From positions 27,820 to 91,819 of the forward strand of contig JBIKWK010000005.1 of NCBI GenBank assembly GCA_044356375.1: DNA of 64,000 bases, in the 5' to 3' direction. Positions within the stretch are counted from its first letter, which is position 1; each line of letters begins with the position of its first letter. Under the pieces are notes generated by a model. It saw only the letters and a program-made list of their open reading frames with translations. It was not told where the DNA came from and made no database searches. The DNA comes from Prochlorococcaceae cyanobacterium. GTDB taxonomy: Bacteria > Cyanobacteriota > Cyanobacteriia > PCC-6307 > Cyanobiaceae. Below, piece after piece: positions 27,538 to 38,275 of this stretch. Position numbers and translations under genes: made by a program.

Positions 27538-28863
27538 GTGCTTTCGTTCAGCAAGTATCAAGGCCTGGGTAACGATTTCTTGATGCTGGATGGCCGCGAT
27601 GCCCCCAGCACAGACTTCTGCTTTGAGCTCTGCCCCGAGCAAATCAAGTTGCTTTGTGACCGCCGTTTCGGGGTGGGGGGCGACGGCGTGATCCTGGCCC
27701 TGCCCCCCAATGCCGGCGGCGAGCTGCGCATGCGCATCTTCAATGCCGATGGCACCGAGCCGGAGATGTGTGGCAATGGCATCCGTTGCCTGGCCCGCTT
27801 CCTGGCCGACAGCGACGGCGACGAGCCCGGTCGCCAGTGGCAGATCGATACCCTCGCCGGCCGCATCGTGCCCGAATTGCTGAGCGACGGCACGATTCGC
27901 GTGGACATGGGCGCCCCGTTCCTCGAACCCGCCGCCATTCCCACCACCCTGGAGATCGGCCCTGCCGGTATCCCCCAGGGCCTGATTGAAGCCGCCGGCG
28001 AGAGCTTTCAGGTGGCCGCCGCCGGCATGGGCAATCCCCACATGGTGATCCCGGTGGCAGGCGTGGAAGAGGTGGATCTGGAGCTCTACGGAGCCGCCCT
28101 GGAGCTGCACCCCAGCTTCCCGGCCAAGGCCAACGTGCATTTTGTCCAAGCTCTCAGCCCCAGCCATCTGGTGATGCGGGTATGGGAGCGGGGCGCGGGC
28201 CCCACCCTGGCCTGCGGCACCGGAGCCTGCGCCACCCTGGTGGTCTGCCATCGCCTCGGCATCGCCGATCGCCTCGCCCGGCTCGACCTGCCCGGAGGGG
28301 CGCTGGAGATCCACTGGGATGAAGTCAGCGACCACCTGTTCATGAGCGGCCCGGCCGAGGCGGTGTTTGACGGCGTGCTCTCGCCGCTGCTCTGGGGCCC
28401 GGAGCAGGCCTTCAATGCCGATGATTACCAGCTCGATCAGCCTGAGCAGATCAACCAGATCGATCAGCTCGATCAGCCCGACCAGCTCGATCAACTCGAT
28501 CCGCAAGCACTCGATCCACAGCTCCAGCCACAGCAGGAGGCCGACCAGGTTTTTCCCCAGCGGCGCCCGGGTTCCGCCCCCAGCTCTGAGCCAGGGCCAG
28601 GGCCCGAGGTGGGCCAGGCACCGGCCGTACAGGCACTGGCCGTACAGGCAGCTCCCGCAATCGACTGCTCCGTGGCCTGCGTGAACGGCTGCCAGAGGCC
28701 TGACGATTGCCCCAGCGCCGCCATCAGGGCCAAGACCCTGGAGCTGCTCAACAGCAGCTCCCTCGACGACCTGGTGGCCCTGGCCAGCAATTCCCTGGAA
28801 TCGCGCAGCCGCGCCCGGGCCCAGCGCAGCTCCGGCCCGGGCGAGCCCGGGCCCTCGGCCTGA
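27538..28863 (+). CDS. dapF: Diaminopimelate epimerase with a C-terminal extension of roughly 160 aa
   Basis: FSKYQGLGNDFLMLD, ELRMRIFNADGTEPEMCGNGIRC, ACGTGACA and FMSGPAEAVFDGVL define the DapF core (to about 28380). The ORF continues to 28863. I propose the GTG at 27538 as the start because there is no in-frame ATG after the hfq start. Confidence 0.85.
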   Translation: MLSFSKYQGLGNDFLMLDGRDAPSTDFCFELCPEQIKLLCDRRFGVGGDGVILALPPNAGGELRMRIFNADGTEPEMCGNGIRCLARFLADSDGDEPGRQWQIDTLAGRIVPELLSDGTIRVDMGAPFLEPAAIPTTLEIGPAGIPQGLIEAAGESFQVAAAGMGNPHMVIPVAGVEEVDLELYGAALELHPSFPAKANVHFVQALSPSHLVMRVWERGAGPTLACGTGACATLVVCHRLGIADRLARLDLPGGALEIHWDEVSDHLFMSGPAEAVFDGVLSPLLWGPEQAFNADDYQLDQPEQINQIDQLDQPDQLDQLDPQALDPQLQPQQEADQVFPQRRPGSAPSSEPGPGPEVGQAPAVQALAVQAAPAIDCSVACVNGCQRPDDCPSAAIRAKTLELLNSSSLDDLVALASNSLESRSRARAQRSSGPGEPGPSA

Positions 28864-28874
28864 GCCCCGGGGCG

Positions 28875-30068
28875 ATGGCCATCTACCTCGACGCCTGCGC
28901 CACCGCCCCTCCAGCGGCCCAGGTGCTGGCGGCCATGGCCGAGGCCGGTGCCAACGCCTGGGCCAATCCCTCCAGCCTGCATGGCCTCGGCTGGGCCGCC
29001 GCCGAGTGCCTCGAGCGCAGTCGCGCCGCCATGGCGGCAGAGCTGGGGGCGGAGCCGCGGGAATTGATATTCACCTCCGGGGGCAGTGAATCGGTGCATC
29101 TGGCGCTGCTGGGGCTGGCTGGGCGCTGGCCCGCGGCCCCCGATGGGCAGCCGCCCCGATTGGTGATTTCAGCCCTGGAACACCCGGCCGTGATGGCTGC
29201 CGCCGCCAGCCTGGTGCAACGCGGTTGGAGCCTGGCCCATTGGCCGGTGGATAGCCGCGGCCGCCTGATCGCCGACCGCGCCGAGGAGCTGCTGGCCCCC
29301 CCCACCCGCCTGGTGTCGCTGATCTGGGGCCAGAGCGAAGTGGGCACCCTGCAGGCGATCGAGACCATCGGCGCCCAGTGCCGCGCCGCTGGCATTCCCC
29401 TGCACCTCGATGCCGTGCAGGTGGTGGGTCATCGGCCGATCGATTGGGCCACCCTGCCGGCGGATCTGCTCAGCTTCACGGCCCACAAAATCCAGGGCCC
29501 CCGCGGCATCGGCGCCCTGCTGCTGCGCCCGGGGCTGGAACCCGCCCCCCAAATCGGCGGCGGCGGCCAGGAGAGGGGTCTGCGGGCCGGAACGGAACCG
29601 GTGGTGCTGGCGGCCGGTTTTGCAGCGGCCCTGGCCCTCTGCCAGCGGCGCCTGCGCCAGCACGGCGGCCGCGATCCGCTGGCCGACCTGCGCGATCCCC
29701 TGCTCGCCGCCCTGGTGGCCCTGCCCGGCGTGGAGCTCAGCGGTCCAGATCCGCGCCTTGCCGGCGGGCCAGAGCGCCTCCCCCATCACCTCAGCCTGAC
29801 GGTGGCGGACCGCTGGGGTCGTGCCCTTTCCGGTCGCGCCCTGGTGCAGGCGCTCTGGCGCCAGGGCATCGCCGCCAGCAGTGGCTCCGCCTGCGGTGGC
29901 GGCGGCCACCGGCCCGCCCCCAGCCCGGTGCTGTTGGCCATGGGCTACGGCGCCGAGGCCGCCGCCAGTGGCCTGCGGCTCAGCCTCGGCCCCTGGCTGC
30001 AGGCAGCAGATCTGGCCGCGGTGCCCGACGCCCTGGAGCGGGCCCAGGCGGAACTGGAGGCTCGGTAG
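28875..30068 (+). CDS. Cysteine desulfurase / class V aminotransferase (NifS/IscS-like)
   Basis: MAIYLDACATAPPAAQV...ANPSSLHGLG...IFTSGGSESVHLAL...SFTAHKIQGPRGIGALL...SSGSAC. Confidence 0.85.
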   Translation: MAIYLDACATAPPAAQVLAAMAEAGANAWANPSSLHGLGWAAAECLERSRAAMAAELGAEPRELIFTSGGSESVHLALLGLAGRWPAAPDGQPPRLVISALEHPAVMAAAASLVQRGWSLAHWPVDSRGRLIADRAEELLAPPTRLVSLIWGQSEVGTLQAIETIGAQCRAAGIPLHLDAVQVVGHRPIDWATLPADLLSFTAHKIQGPRGIGALLLRPGLEPAPQIGGGGQERGLRAGTEPVVLAAGFAAALALCQRRLRQHGGRDPLADLRDPLLAALVALPGVELSGPDPRLAGGPERLPHHLSLTVADRWGRALSGRALVQALWRQGIAASSGSACGGGGHRPAPSPVLLAMGYGAEAAASGLRLSLGPWLQAADLAAVPDALERAQAELEAR

Positions 30069-30095
30069 GGTCGCCCCCAGCCGTCCCGCTCTGCC

Positions 30096-30785
30096 GTGCT
30101 CCCTGCCGACCTGGCCGCCGCCGAAGCCCAGGCCCGCGATGCCCTGCTCGCCGCCCTGGTGGCCGATGTAAACGGCCGCTGGACCGTGGAGTGGCGCTTC
30201 GAGGGCCTGCGGTTGCTGCCGCTGGCGCTGCGGTTGGCCCGCCAGTTGGTGGCGGCGGGCAGGGAGCCGCGCCTGGTTTTTGCCGATGCCGGCGCTGCGG
30301 CGTTGGCAAAGCGCGATGGGCCAGACCTGGCCGAGCGCTGTGCCGATTTCAATTCACTGCTGCGCGAGCAGGGCCAAGAGACCAGCCAGGGGCTGCTGCT
30401 GGCGGTGGCCCCCTCCCCCGCCGAGTACGGCGACTTTGAGCGGCTCTGCCAACAACACCGGGGCGCAGTGGTGACGCTCAACGGTCGATTGGAGGATGCC
30501 GCCGTGGGCATCGGCAGCGTGGCCCGCCAGCGTCGCCGCGGCTTTGTGGCCCAGTGGCAGGCGGCCTACTGCCTGCAGCCCCTGGCTGAGGGGGTGCTGC
30601 GGCGCTCCTACCCCGACCAATGGCAGCTGTATCGCGAAGATGTCGATGGCTTCCGCCTGGCGAATCAGTTTGAGCGCAGGCCAGATGGCGAACAGATCGC
30701 CGAGGCCCTCGCCGGCGAGGCAGGGCTGGGACTGGCCGGCAATCTCCGGGCCCTCAATGAGCTGATCGACGGCCTGGGCCGCTGA
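30096..30785 (+). CDS. Conserved cyanobacterial protein, probably DUF1995
   Basis: 229-aa ORF with a GTG start. MLPADLAAAEAQARDALLAAL...WTVEWRFEGLR...VFADAGAAALAKRD...VVTLNGRLEDA. Family assignment is from memory. Confidence 0.6.
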   Translation: MLPADLAAAEAQARDALLAALVADVNGRWTVEWRFEGLRLLPLALRLARQLVAAGREPRLVFADAGAAALAKRDGPDLAERCADFNSLLREQGQETSQGLLLAVAPSPAEYGDFERLCQQHRGAVVTLNGRLEDAAVGIGSVARQRRRGFVAQWQAAYCLQPLAEGVLRRSYPDQWQLYREDVDGFRLANQFERRPDGEQIAEALAGEAGLGLAGNLRALNELIDGLGR

Positions 30786-30887
30786 AACTGGCTCTTTAAC
30801 ACAACGGCCTGGGCCTCTGGTTCCACCCCAGCGGCTCTGGTGCCAACCGGGCAATCTCCGTACAGTGCGGCGAAATCGAATCATCCG

Positions 30888-31418
30888 ATGGCTGCTGAGA
30901 CCGGAACCTCCCCACCTAGACGCTCCTGGAGCCTGGTGGATCTGGGAGCGGCTGCGGCGGTGCTGTTTGCCGCCATGGGAGTGATTTGGAGCCCCAAACT
31001 CAGCGGCGCCATCGCCACGGCCACCGGCAACGTGGTGCCGGTCACGGTCACTGTTGACGTGAGGGGCATTCCCGTCGCCAACCCAGCGGCGCTGGTGCAG
31101 GCGGCGCGCCTGGAGGGGAAGGTGGCGATCGTGATTCGCAACCAGCCCCACGGATCGGTGGCGATCAAGGACGTGACCAGCCTTCAGCGCCGGCTGGTGG
31201 CGGTGCAAGCCAACGGCAGGGTAGTTACCGCCATAGATCCGAATCAGGCCACTTTCGGGACACTTGATGCCCGCTTTCTGTTGGCTGGCCAGGGGCGCAA
31301 AGGCGATGGCGGCGTTGTGTTCGGCAACCAGAACCTCAAGATCGGCACGCCGATTGAATTGGAGGGCAATTCATTTCGGGTGAGCGGCAGCGTCACCGCC
31401 CTCCAGGTGGGGAGCTGA
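30888..31418 (+). CDS. Conserved cyanobacterial membrane-anchored protein, probably DUF4330
   Basis: The ATG at 30888 gives MAAETGTSPPRRSWSLVDLGAAAAVLFAAMGVIWSPKL, followed by a beta-rich domain. Confidence 0.6.
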   Translation: MAAETGTSPPRRSWSLVDLGAAAAVLFAAMGVIWSPKLSGAIATATGNVVPVTVTVDVRGIPVANPAALVQAARLEGKVAIVIRNQPHGSVAIKDVTSLQRRLVAVQANGRVVTAIDPNQATFGTLDARFLLAGQGRKGDGGVVFGNQNLKIGTPIELEGNSFRVSGSVTALQVGS

Positions 31419-31422
31419 GCTG

Positions 31423-32889
31423 ATGGCCGGCGTCCTATCCAGCCTTGCCCTGTGGCACCTGACCCTGCTCGCCGGTCTACCGCTACTCCCTAACCAGCCC
31501 AAACCCCAGCTGGCCCAAGCGGTGGTCTACCGGGGTAATTTGGCCCAGGCGATAACACCACAGCCGATGGGGCCCCAGGCGGCTGCGGCCGGGGAGCCCC
31601 TGGCAGAGCCGATGGAGGTTCCGAGGGGCCCCAGCCTCAGCCTCTTTCCATCGGGCCAGTACCAGGTTCCCCTGGCCTCGCTGCCCTCATCGCCGCCGCC
31701 CCTGGGGCTGCCGCTGCTGCAGAGCCAGGTGAGCTGCCCGGCCCTGCAGCGGCGATTGCAGGCCATCGTCGGCGCCGAATCATCGGTGTGGAGCATCAGC
31801 GTCGCCGATGCCCGGGGCCGACTGCTGGCCGATGTCAACGGTCAGGCAGCGCGCTTGCCGGCATCCAATCAAAAGCTGGTGAGCACGGCTTTCGCCCTGG
31901 ATCGTCTCGGCCCCGACTATCACCTCAACACCCAGCTGTGGCGCCTTGGCGACGGCAGCTTCCGGCTCACCGGCGAGGGGGATCCCGACCTGGCCCTGCC
32001 CCAGTTGCAGCGCTTTGCCCGCCTCGTTCTTGCCACCAACGCCAACGCCAATGCAAATAGTGCCAATGCAAACAGTGGCGATGGCCCCCAGCCCACCCTG
32101 CTGCGGCTGCAGCTGGCTGAGGAACCGCCCCAGGCCTGGTGGCCCCAGGGTTGGAATCCAGACGACCGCTTTTACGCCTACGGCGCACCGGTAACTCGGC
32201 TGGCCGTCACCAGCAACGCCATCCATGCGGCCGTTGCCAATCCACCGGCCCGTTTGAGCGGCCTGTTGGCCAAAGCACTGGCCCAGCAGGGCACTAAAAC
32301 CCAGCTCAGCCTGGTGTCGGCTCACCTGCCGCTGCCCAGCGACGCCGTGCTGGTGCACCAGGAGCCCTCGGCGCCGATGCACAACCTGCTCAGTCTGGCC
32401 AATACCGAGAGCCATAACTTCACCGCTGAGGTGCTCCTGCGCCAGGGGGCGGGCAGCTGGAACCTCCAGGAGGCCCGCCGTCGCGAGATGCAGTGGTTGG
32501 CGGAGCAGGGCCTGCCGATGGAGGGGGTGATGGTGGCCGATGGCAGTGGCCTCGACCGCGGCAACCGGCTCACCAGTCGCTTTCTGGTGGCCCTGTTACT
32601 GCGCATGAACCAGCATCCCTACGCCAACCAGTACCTGGCTTCCCTGGCCGTGGCAGGGCGCCGCGGCACCCTGCGCAACCTGTTCATCGGCACCCCGATT
32701 GAAGGCCGGTTCTATGCCAAGACCGGCACGCTCACCGGCGTGCGCTCGATCAGCGGCGTGCTGGAGACCGCCGATGGCCCCCGCTACGTGAGCAACATCA
32801 GCAACGGCGCCAGCGTGCCCAACGACACGATTCGCCAGGTGCTGCTCCAGGTGCTCCGCACCGAGCTCTGCGACGCCCAGCCCGGCTAA
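31423..32889 (+). CDS. dacB: D-alanyl-D-alanine carboxypeptidase/endopeptidase (PBP4, peptidase S13)
   Basis: SNQKLVSTAFAL (SxxK), SHNFTAE (SxN), KTGTLTGV (KTG). Contains a short TNANANANSANANSG insertion. Confidence 0.85.
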   Translation: MAGVLSSLALWHLTLLAGLPLLPNQPKPQLAQAVVYRGNLAQAITPQPMGPQAAAAGEPLAEPMEVPRGPSLSLFPSGQYQVPLASLPSSPPPLGLPLLQSQVSCPALQRRLQAIVGAESSVWSISVADARGRLLADVNGQAARLPASNQKLVSTAFALDRLGPDYHLNTQLWRLGDGSFRLTGEGDPDLALPQLQRFARLVLATNANANANSANANSGDGPQPTLLRLQLAEEPPQAWWPQGWNPDDRFYAYGAPVTRLAVTSNAIHAAVANPPARLSGLLAKALAQQGTKTQLSLVSAHLPLPSDAVLVHQEPSAPMHNLLSLANTESHNFTAEVLLRQGAGSWNLQEARRREMQWLAEQGLPMEGVMVADGSGLDRGNRLTSRFLVALLLRMNQHPYANQYLASLAVAGRRGTLRNLFIGTPIEGRFYAKTGTLTGVRSISGVLETADGPRYVSNISNGASVPNDTIRQVLLQVLRTELCDAQPG

Positions 32890-32937
32890 CTACCCGAACT
32901 GATCGCAGCCCGGCAAACCCCGGGTTGGGCTGGGCGA

Positions 32938-33861
32938 TCAGCCGAAGCGGTCGGCCACGTTGCGCAGCCGGTTGGCCACCCGCCGGCTGCGGCTCGCCTG
33001 GCTGGGGGCGGCTGGGGCTGGCGGATCCAGCGCCACGGCCGAGCGCTGGCGGTCGACGGCGGTGATTTGGGCGGCCATCATGCGGCCCAGTTCCTGTCTG
33101 CCTCCCAGCACCACCTGGCTCATGTCCTTGAGCCGGGTCTCCAGTTCCCCCAGCACCTGTTCGGCGTAGTTGTTGGCGCCGTCCTGAATGGCGGCGGCCT
33201 CCTGGCGGCTGCGGCTCACCAGGGCATCGCACTGCTGCTGGGTCTGCTGGCGAAATTGGAGGGCATCGTTCTGCAACCGCTCCGCCTCCGCCTGGCTCTC
33301 TCGCTGCAGCCGCAGGCCTTCCTGGCGAATCTGCTCCAGCTCTCCCATCGCCTGCTGGCGGCTGCGCTCGTGTTGTTCCCCCAGCTGGCGGTTGCGGTCG
33401 GCGGCCTCCTGCTCCAGCTGCTGGCGGCGCGCCGCGAACTGCTGCTCCATCTGGGCCAGGCGAGTCTGATGGTCTTGTTCGGCCTGGGCCACCTGCTGGC
33501 GCACCTGCATCAGCATCTGCTCGCACTGCTGGCGGGCCTGCTCCCGCATCTCCACCACCTGGCGTTCGGCCTCCTGGCGCACCGAGGCGGTCTGGATCAG
33601 CTGTTCCCGCTCGCGCTTGCCCTGGGCGACGATTTCCTCCGCCTGGGCGCGGGCCTTTTCGATGAACTCCTCCCGCTGGCGGATCAACTTCACCGCCTCT
33701 TCCAGCTGTACCGGCAGGGCATCGCGCAGGGCGTCGATCGCCTCCACGGCGTCCTGTTCGTTTACCAGCCGGCCCCCGCTGAAGGGGATGCGGCTGCCCT
33801 CCAGCACGATGTCCTCGAGCTGATCGAGCTGGTCGAGCACGGTGATCGCGGTTTCAGCCAT
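32938..33861 (-). CDS. Q/E/R-rich coiled-coil protein with a conserved N-terminal LDQLEDIVLEGSRIPFSGGRLV module
   Basis: 307 aa from the ATG at 33861. Long heptad-like QQ/EQ/RQ region. Function not recognised. Confidence 0.65.
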   Translation of the reverse strand: MAETAITVLDQLDQLEDIVLEGSRIPFSGGRLVNEQDAVEAIDALRDALPVQLEEAVKLIRQREEFIEKARAQAEEIVAQGKREREQLIQTASVRQEAERQVVEMREQARQQCEQMLMQVRQQVAQAEQDHQTRLAQMEQQFAARRQQLEQEAADRNRQLGEQHERSRQQAMGELEQIRQEGLRLQRESQAEAERLQNDALQFRQQTQQQCDALVSRSRQEAAAIQDGANNYAEQVLGELETRLKDMSQVVLGGRQELGRMMAAQITAVDRQRSAVALDPPAPAAPSQASRSRRVANRLRNVADRFG

Positions 33862-33880
33862 GGTTGTCCTGGCGGGTGCT

Positions 33881-34366
33881 CTAGGAAGCCACTCGATTAA
33901 AGAGCCTGGCCAGGTCAGCGGCCACTGCCGGGGGCACCAGATGGCGCACGTCGCCGCCAAAGCGGGCCACCTCCTTCACCACAGAGCTGCTCAGAAAGCT
34001 GTGCTGCACTGAAGTGGCGAGGAACAGGGTCTCCACCTGGGGAGCCAGGCTGTGGTTGGTGTGAGCTATCTGCAACTCGAATTCGAAGTCGCTGAGAGCG
34101 CGCAGCCCCCTGAGGATCACCTGGGCCTGGCAGTTGCGAGCAAATTCCACGGTGAGGCCGTCGAAACTGGCCACCTCCACCCCGCTGAGATGCTCCGTGG
34201 CCTGCCGCAGTTGCGCCAGCCGCTGCTCCAGGGGGAAGGCTGCCTTCTTGTTGGGATTTTCCAGTACCGCCACCACCACCGAATCGAACAGGCGGTCGCT
34301 GCGCTCGATCAAATCGAGATGCCCGAGGGTGAGCGGGTCGAAGCTGCCGGGGTAGAGAGCTCGCAT
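33881..34366 (-). CDS. coaD: Phosphopantetheine adenylyltransferase
   Basis: [23 protein letters not shown]...[11 protein letters not shown]...[12 protein letters not shown]...[15 protein letters not shown]. Confidence 0.93.
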   Translation of the reverse strand: MRALYPGSFDPLTLGHLDLIERSDRLFDSVVVAVLENPNKKAAFPLEQRLAQLRQATEHLSGVEVASFDGLTVEFARNCQAQVILRGLRALSDFEFELQIAHTNHSLAPQVETLFLATSVQHSFLSSSVVKEVARFGGDVRHLVPPAVAADLARLFNRVAS

Positions 34367-34457
34367 GGCCGCCAGCCTATGGGGCTGCGGGGCTGTTACT
34401 GGGCTGCAGCGGGCGGGCCGTGGCAGACCGGCCATTCCTAGAGTTGGCGGTATACCG

Positions 34458-34955
34458 ATGCCCCCTGCGCCCATGGCCCTTGACGCCGCTGCCAAGAAAA
34501 CCCTGCTGCGCAAGATCCCCCATGGTCTGTTCATCTGCGGGGTGGCCGAGGGGGAGGAGGTGAATGGCTTCACCGCCAGCTGGGTCACCCAGGGCTCCTT
34601 CGACCCGCCCCTGGTGGTGATCGCCGTGCGGGCCGACAGCACCAGCAATGGCATGATCCAACGCACCGGCCGCTTCAGCCTCAACGTGCTCGATCAGGGC
34701 CAAAAGGATCTGGCGGCCGTGTTTTTCAAGCCCCAGAAGGGCATTGGCGGCCGTTTTGATGCCGCCCCCTACCAGCGCGGTGAACTGGGTCTGCCGATCC
34801 TCAGCGACGGCCTCGGCGCTGTTGAATGCGAGCTGGTGGGTCAGGTGGCGGCCGGTGATCACACCGTGTTTGTGGCCGAGGTGAAGACGGCGTTGCTGCT
34901 GCGCGATGGGGTGGCCCTGGATTTGGCCAGCACCGGCTGGGCCTACGGCGGGTGA
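34458..34955 (+). CDS. Flavin reductase-like FMN-binding protein (DIM6/NTAB family)
   Basis: [41 protein letters not shown]...[10 protein letters not shown]. Stop overlaps the uvrC GTG (GTGA). Confidence 0.8.
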   Translation: MPPAPMALDAAAKKTLLRKIPHGLFICGVAEGEEVNGFTASWVTQGSFDPPLVVIAVRADSTSNGMIQRTGRFSLNVLDQGQKDLAAVFFKPQKGIGGRFDAAPYQRGELGLPILSDGLGAVECELVGQVAAGDHTVFVAEVKTALLLRDGVALDLASTGWAYGG

Positions 34956-37060
34956 GTCTGGACACCCCTGCTGGCCTGGGGAGCGTGCCGCTGCTCCAAC
35001 AGCCCGAAAGGCTGCGGCAGCGGCTCAAGGACCTGCCCTCGGAGCCCGGTTGCTACCTGATGCGCGACGGTGACGATCGCATTCTCTACATCGGCAAAGC
35101 CAAGGTATTGCGCAATCGGGTGCGCAGCTACTTCCAGGCGGGTTCAGCCCATGGCCATAGCCCCCGCATCACCTTGATGGTGCGCCAGGTATGCGAGATT
35201 GAGTTCATTGTTACTGATACCGAAGCCGAAGCGCTGGCTCTTGAGTCAAATTTAATCAAGAATCATCAGCCGCACTTTAATGTTTTACTGAAAGACGATA
35301 AAAAATATCCCTATCTCTGCATTACCTGGAGTGAACCCTATCCGCGTATTTTTATCACCCGGCAGCGGCGATTCCGCAAGCCCCTGGATCGCTTTTATGG
35401 TCCCTACGTGGATGTGGGTCTGCTGCGCCGCACCCTGGCCCTGGTGAAGCGGGTATTCCCGCTGCGGCAACGCCCCCAACCCCTCTATCGGGACCGCACC
35501 TGTCTCAATTACGACATCGGCCGCTGTCCAGGCGTCTGCCAGCAAAAGATCAGCTCCGATGACTATCACCACAGCCTCAGGCAGGTGGCGATGGTGTTTC
35601 AGGGCCGCAATGACGAGTTGCTGCAGCTGCTTCACCAGAAGATGGAGAGCTATGCCGAGCGCTTGGACTTTGAAGCCGCCGCCCTGGTGCGCGATCAACT
35701 GCAGGGCCTGGATAGTCTTACAACCGATCAAAAGATGAGCCTGGGCGATAGCTCGGTGAGTCGTGATGTGATTGCCCTGGCCGCCGATGGCAGGGTGGCC
35801 GCTGTGCAGTTGTTCCAGATGCGGGCCGGCAAGTTGGTGGGCCGGCTTGGCTATACCGCCGATTCTGCTGGTATGCCCGACAGTGACTGGGGATTGATCC
35901 TGCAGCGGGTGGTGGAAGAGCACTACAGCCAGGTGGAGTCGGTGGAGATTCCGCCCGAGGTCTTGCTCCATTACCCCCTGCCCCAGCAGTCCCTGATCGA
36001 GACCTGGCTGGGGGAGCGGCGCGGCCGCCGGGTGCACTTGGCGGTGCCGCAGCGGGCCCCCAAGTTGGAGTTGATCGAGTTGGTGGTGCGCAACGCCAGC
36101 TATGAACTGCAGCGGGCCCAGAGAGCCAGTGAACAGAACCTGCTGGCCTTGGAGGATCTGGCCCAGTTGCTCGAATTGGCAAATCCGCCGCGCCGCATCG
36201 AGGGCTATGACATCAGCCACATCCAGGGAAGCGATGCGGTGGCCTCCCAAGTGGTGTTCATCGATGGCCTGCCGGCCAAGCAGCACTACCGCAAATACAA
36301 AATTCAGAGCAGTTCGATTCGCGCCGGCCACTCCGACGACTTCATGGCCATGGCCGAGATCATGCGCCGCCGCTTCCGGCGCTGGGCCCAGGCCAAGGCG
36401 GAGGGGGCCGATCTCCAACAGCTCCGCCTAGGGGCGGCCAGTGCCTTGCATACCGCCGGTTTCAATGACTGGCCCGACCTGGTGATGATCGATGGCGGCA
36501 AGGGCCAGCTCTCGGCGGTGATGGAGGCCCTGCGGGAAATGCGTCTCGATGACGAGTTATTGGTGTGCTCCTTGGCTAAGCAAAGGGAGGAGGTGTTTCT
36601 GCCCGGTGCCAAGCAGCCCCTGGTCAGCGAAGCCGAGCAGCTGGGGGTGCAGGTCTTGAGGCGCCTGCGGGATGAGGCCCACCGCTTTGCCGTCAGTTTC
36701 CATCGCCAGCAGCGGGGCGAGCGCATGAAGCGCTCGCGGCTCTCCGACATTCCCGGTCTCGGGCCCAAGCGGGTCAAGGAGCTGCTGGCCCACTTCCGCT
36801 CCATAGATGCCATCCAACTGGCCAGCCAGGCAAACCTCGCCGCCGCCCCAGGCGTAGGTCCCATGCTGGCCGCTCAAATCTGGGAGTACTTCCACCCCCA
36901 GGAAGTGCAGCAACCTGGTGATTTCGACCAGATTCCTGACGATCAGATTTTTGAGGATCAAATCCCTGAGCAGCGAATCCCAGCTGCTGTCGAAATTGAG
37001 GCTCCGGCCGCTCAACAGGCCAACTCAAACCCGGAGCACTGGTTGGAGTTGGCCTGTTGA
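34952..37060 (+). CDS. uvrC: Excinuclease ABC subunit C
   Basis: GIY-YIG ([29 protein letters not shown]), UVR domain, endonuclease V-like domain and (HhH)2 ([13 protein letters not shown]). It carries a D/Q/I/P-rich tail of roughly 50 aa. Confidence 0.93.
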   Translation: MSLDTPAGLGSVPLLQQPERLRQRLKDLPSEPGCYLMRDGDDRILYIGKAKVLRNRVRSYFQAGSAHGHSPRITLMVRQVCEIEFIVTDTEAEALALESNLIKNHQPHFNVLLKDDKKYPYLCITWSEPYPRIFITRQRRFRKPLDRFYGPYVDVGLLRRTLALVKRVFPLRQRPQPLYRDRTCLNYDIGRCPGVCQQKISSDDYHHSLRQVAMVFQGRNDELLQLLHQKMESYAERLDFEAAALVRDQLQGLDSLTTDQKMSLGDSSVSRDVIALAADGRVAAVQLFQMRAGKLVGRLGYTADSAGMPDSDWGLILQRVVEEHYSQVESVEIPPEVLLHYPLPQQSLIETWLGERRGRRVHLAVPQRAPKLELIELVVRNASYELQRAQRASEQNLLALEDLAQLLELANPPRRIEGYDISHIQGSDAVASQVVFIDGLPAKQHYRKYKIQSSSIRAGHSDDFMAMAEIMRRRFRRWAQAKAEGADLQQLRLGAASALHTAGFNDWPDLVMIDGGKGQLSAVMEALREMRLDDELLVCSLAKQREEVFLPGAKQPLVSEAEQLGVQVLRRLRDEAHRFAVSFHRQQRGERMKRSRLSDIPGLGPKRVKELLAHFRSIDAIQLASQANLAAAPGVGPMLAAQIWEYFHPQEVQQPGDFDQIPDDQIFEDQIPEQRIPAAVEIEAPAAQQANSNPEHWLELAC

Positions 37061-37614
37061 ACGCCGGTTTGTGGCCACTGCTGACCAGTTGGGGGGCACT
37101 GCTGATCCAGGGTCTGCGCTTGAGCTGGCGACCTGGCCCAGGGCTGTCCGGCGAATCGCTGTCCCGCGACTGCCGGGGCAAGCACGGTTTGCCCAGCCCA
37201 GCTCGCTCTTGCCAAACCCTGCGCCGCAGCCAGCCCAGCCCAGCCCTGGTTTGCGTCTGCATTGTGATCGGTTTCTGCTGCTTTGCAGCGCCGCTTGCCG
37301 CCGCCCCGGGGCTGTGCCTTGGCCCGGTTTGTGGCGATGAGTTCAGCCGCAGCTCCCAGTTCCCCTGGCAATTGCGACTGCGGGTAGGCGACCAGGCCGG
37401 TCGGCACGAGCGGCTGGTGGTGGACTGTCGCGATGGCGTTATCAGCCCCCGCCAGGGGCCGGTGGAGCGGGGCTATGCGGCGGCGGTGGCCCGGCGCGCC
37501 TGTCGCTTGGCCCCCAGCTCCCCCTCCCCAGCTGAACCGAATACGTTGCCGGCCGAGCTGCCGGCCCAGCTGCCGATGGCCGCATTACAGCGCAGCTCGG
37601 CCCCCTGGCCTTAG
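37057..37614 (+). CDS. Hypothetical protein (possible small secreted Cys-containing protein; start unclear)
   Basis: ORF with a TTG start overlapping the uvrC stop. An internal hydrophobic stretch [21 protein letters not shown] could be a signal peptide. No family recognised. Confidence 0.3.
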   Translation: MNAGLWPLLTSWGALLIQGLRLSWRPGPGLSGESLSRDCRGKHGLPSPARSCQTLRRSQPSPALVCVCIVIGFCCFAAPLAAAPGLCLGPVCGDEFSRSSQFPWQLRLRVGDQAGRHERLVVDCRDGVISPRQGPVERGYAAAVARRACRLAPSSPSPAEPNTLPAELPAQLPMAALQRSSAPWP

Positions 37615-37651
37615 CTTTAATTGCGCCCCGGTTCGACAACCGCGTCCGCGC

Positions 37652-38275
37652 ATGCCATTTTCCACTGCAGGTTTGCTGGCCTTCAGCTGGCCCCCCGAGG
37701 CCTATTTGTGGTTCAAGACCCTCCACATAGTGGGGGTGGTGGTGTGGTTCGCAGGCCTGTTTTATCTGGTGCGGCTGTTCATCTATCACCAGGAGGCGGC
37801 TGAGCTGGAGCCGTCGCTCCGGGTTGCCTTCCAGGGCCAGTACGCCCTGATGGAACGGCGCCTGGCCAACATCATCACCACCCCGGGCATGGTGGTGGCG
37901 GTGGTCTGCGCCCTGGGCCTGATTAGTGTCAATCCGGCCTGGTTGCAGCAGGGCTGGATGCACGCCAAGCTCGCCTTCGTGCTGGCCCTGCTGGCTTACC
38001 ACGGCTTTTGCTACCGACTGATGGGCCAGTTGCAACGGGGCCAGTGCGGTTGGTCCGCCAAGCAATTGCGGGCTCTCAATGAGCTGCCCACCCTGTTGCT
38101 GGTGATCGTGGTGATGCTGGTGGTGTTCAAAAACCAGTTCCCCACCGGGGCTGCCACCTGGTTGATCGTGGCTCTGGTGCTGTTCATGGCCGCCTCAATC
38201 CAGTTCTATGCCCGCTGGCGGCGGCTAAGGGCCGAGCGGTTGGCGGCGGAATTGCCTGGCGGAGCCGCGGGATGA
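37652..38275 (+). CDS. hemJ: Protoporphyrinogen IX oxidase HemJ (UPF0093/CopD-like)
   Basis: MPFSTAGLLAFSWPPEAYLWFKTLHIVGVVVWFAGLFYLVRLFIYH...MHAKLAFVLALLAYH. 4-5 TM helices. ATG at 37652. Confidence 0.8.
   Translation: MPFSTAGLLAFSWPPEAYLWFKTLHIVGVVVWFAGLFYLVRLFIYHQEAAELEPSLRVAFQGQYALMERRLANIITTPGMVVAVVCALGLISVNPAWLQQGWMHAKLAFVLALLAYHGFCYRLMGQLQRGQCGWSAKQLRALNELPTLLLVIVVMLVVFKNQFPTGAATWLIVALVLFMAASIQFYARWRRLRAERLAAELPGGAAG

Noticed and set aside
28707-28874. A 56-codon N-terminal extension of the cysteine desulfurase ORF
   Set aside because: It overlaps the dapF 3' region in another frame and is P/G/Q-rich. The canonical MAIYLDACATAP start is at 28875.
29378-30439. A 353-aa plus-strand ORF (R/P/G/A-rich)
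   Set aside because: It is an off-frame overlap of the cysteine desulfurase and DUF1995-like genes. It has extreme Arg/Pro/Gly composition and no motif.
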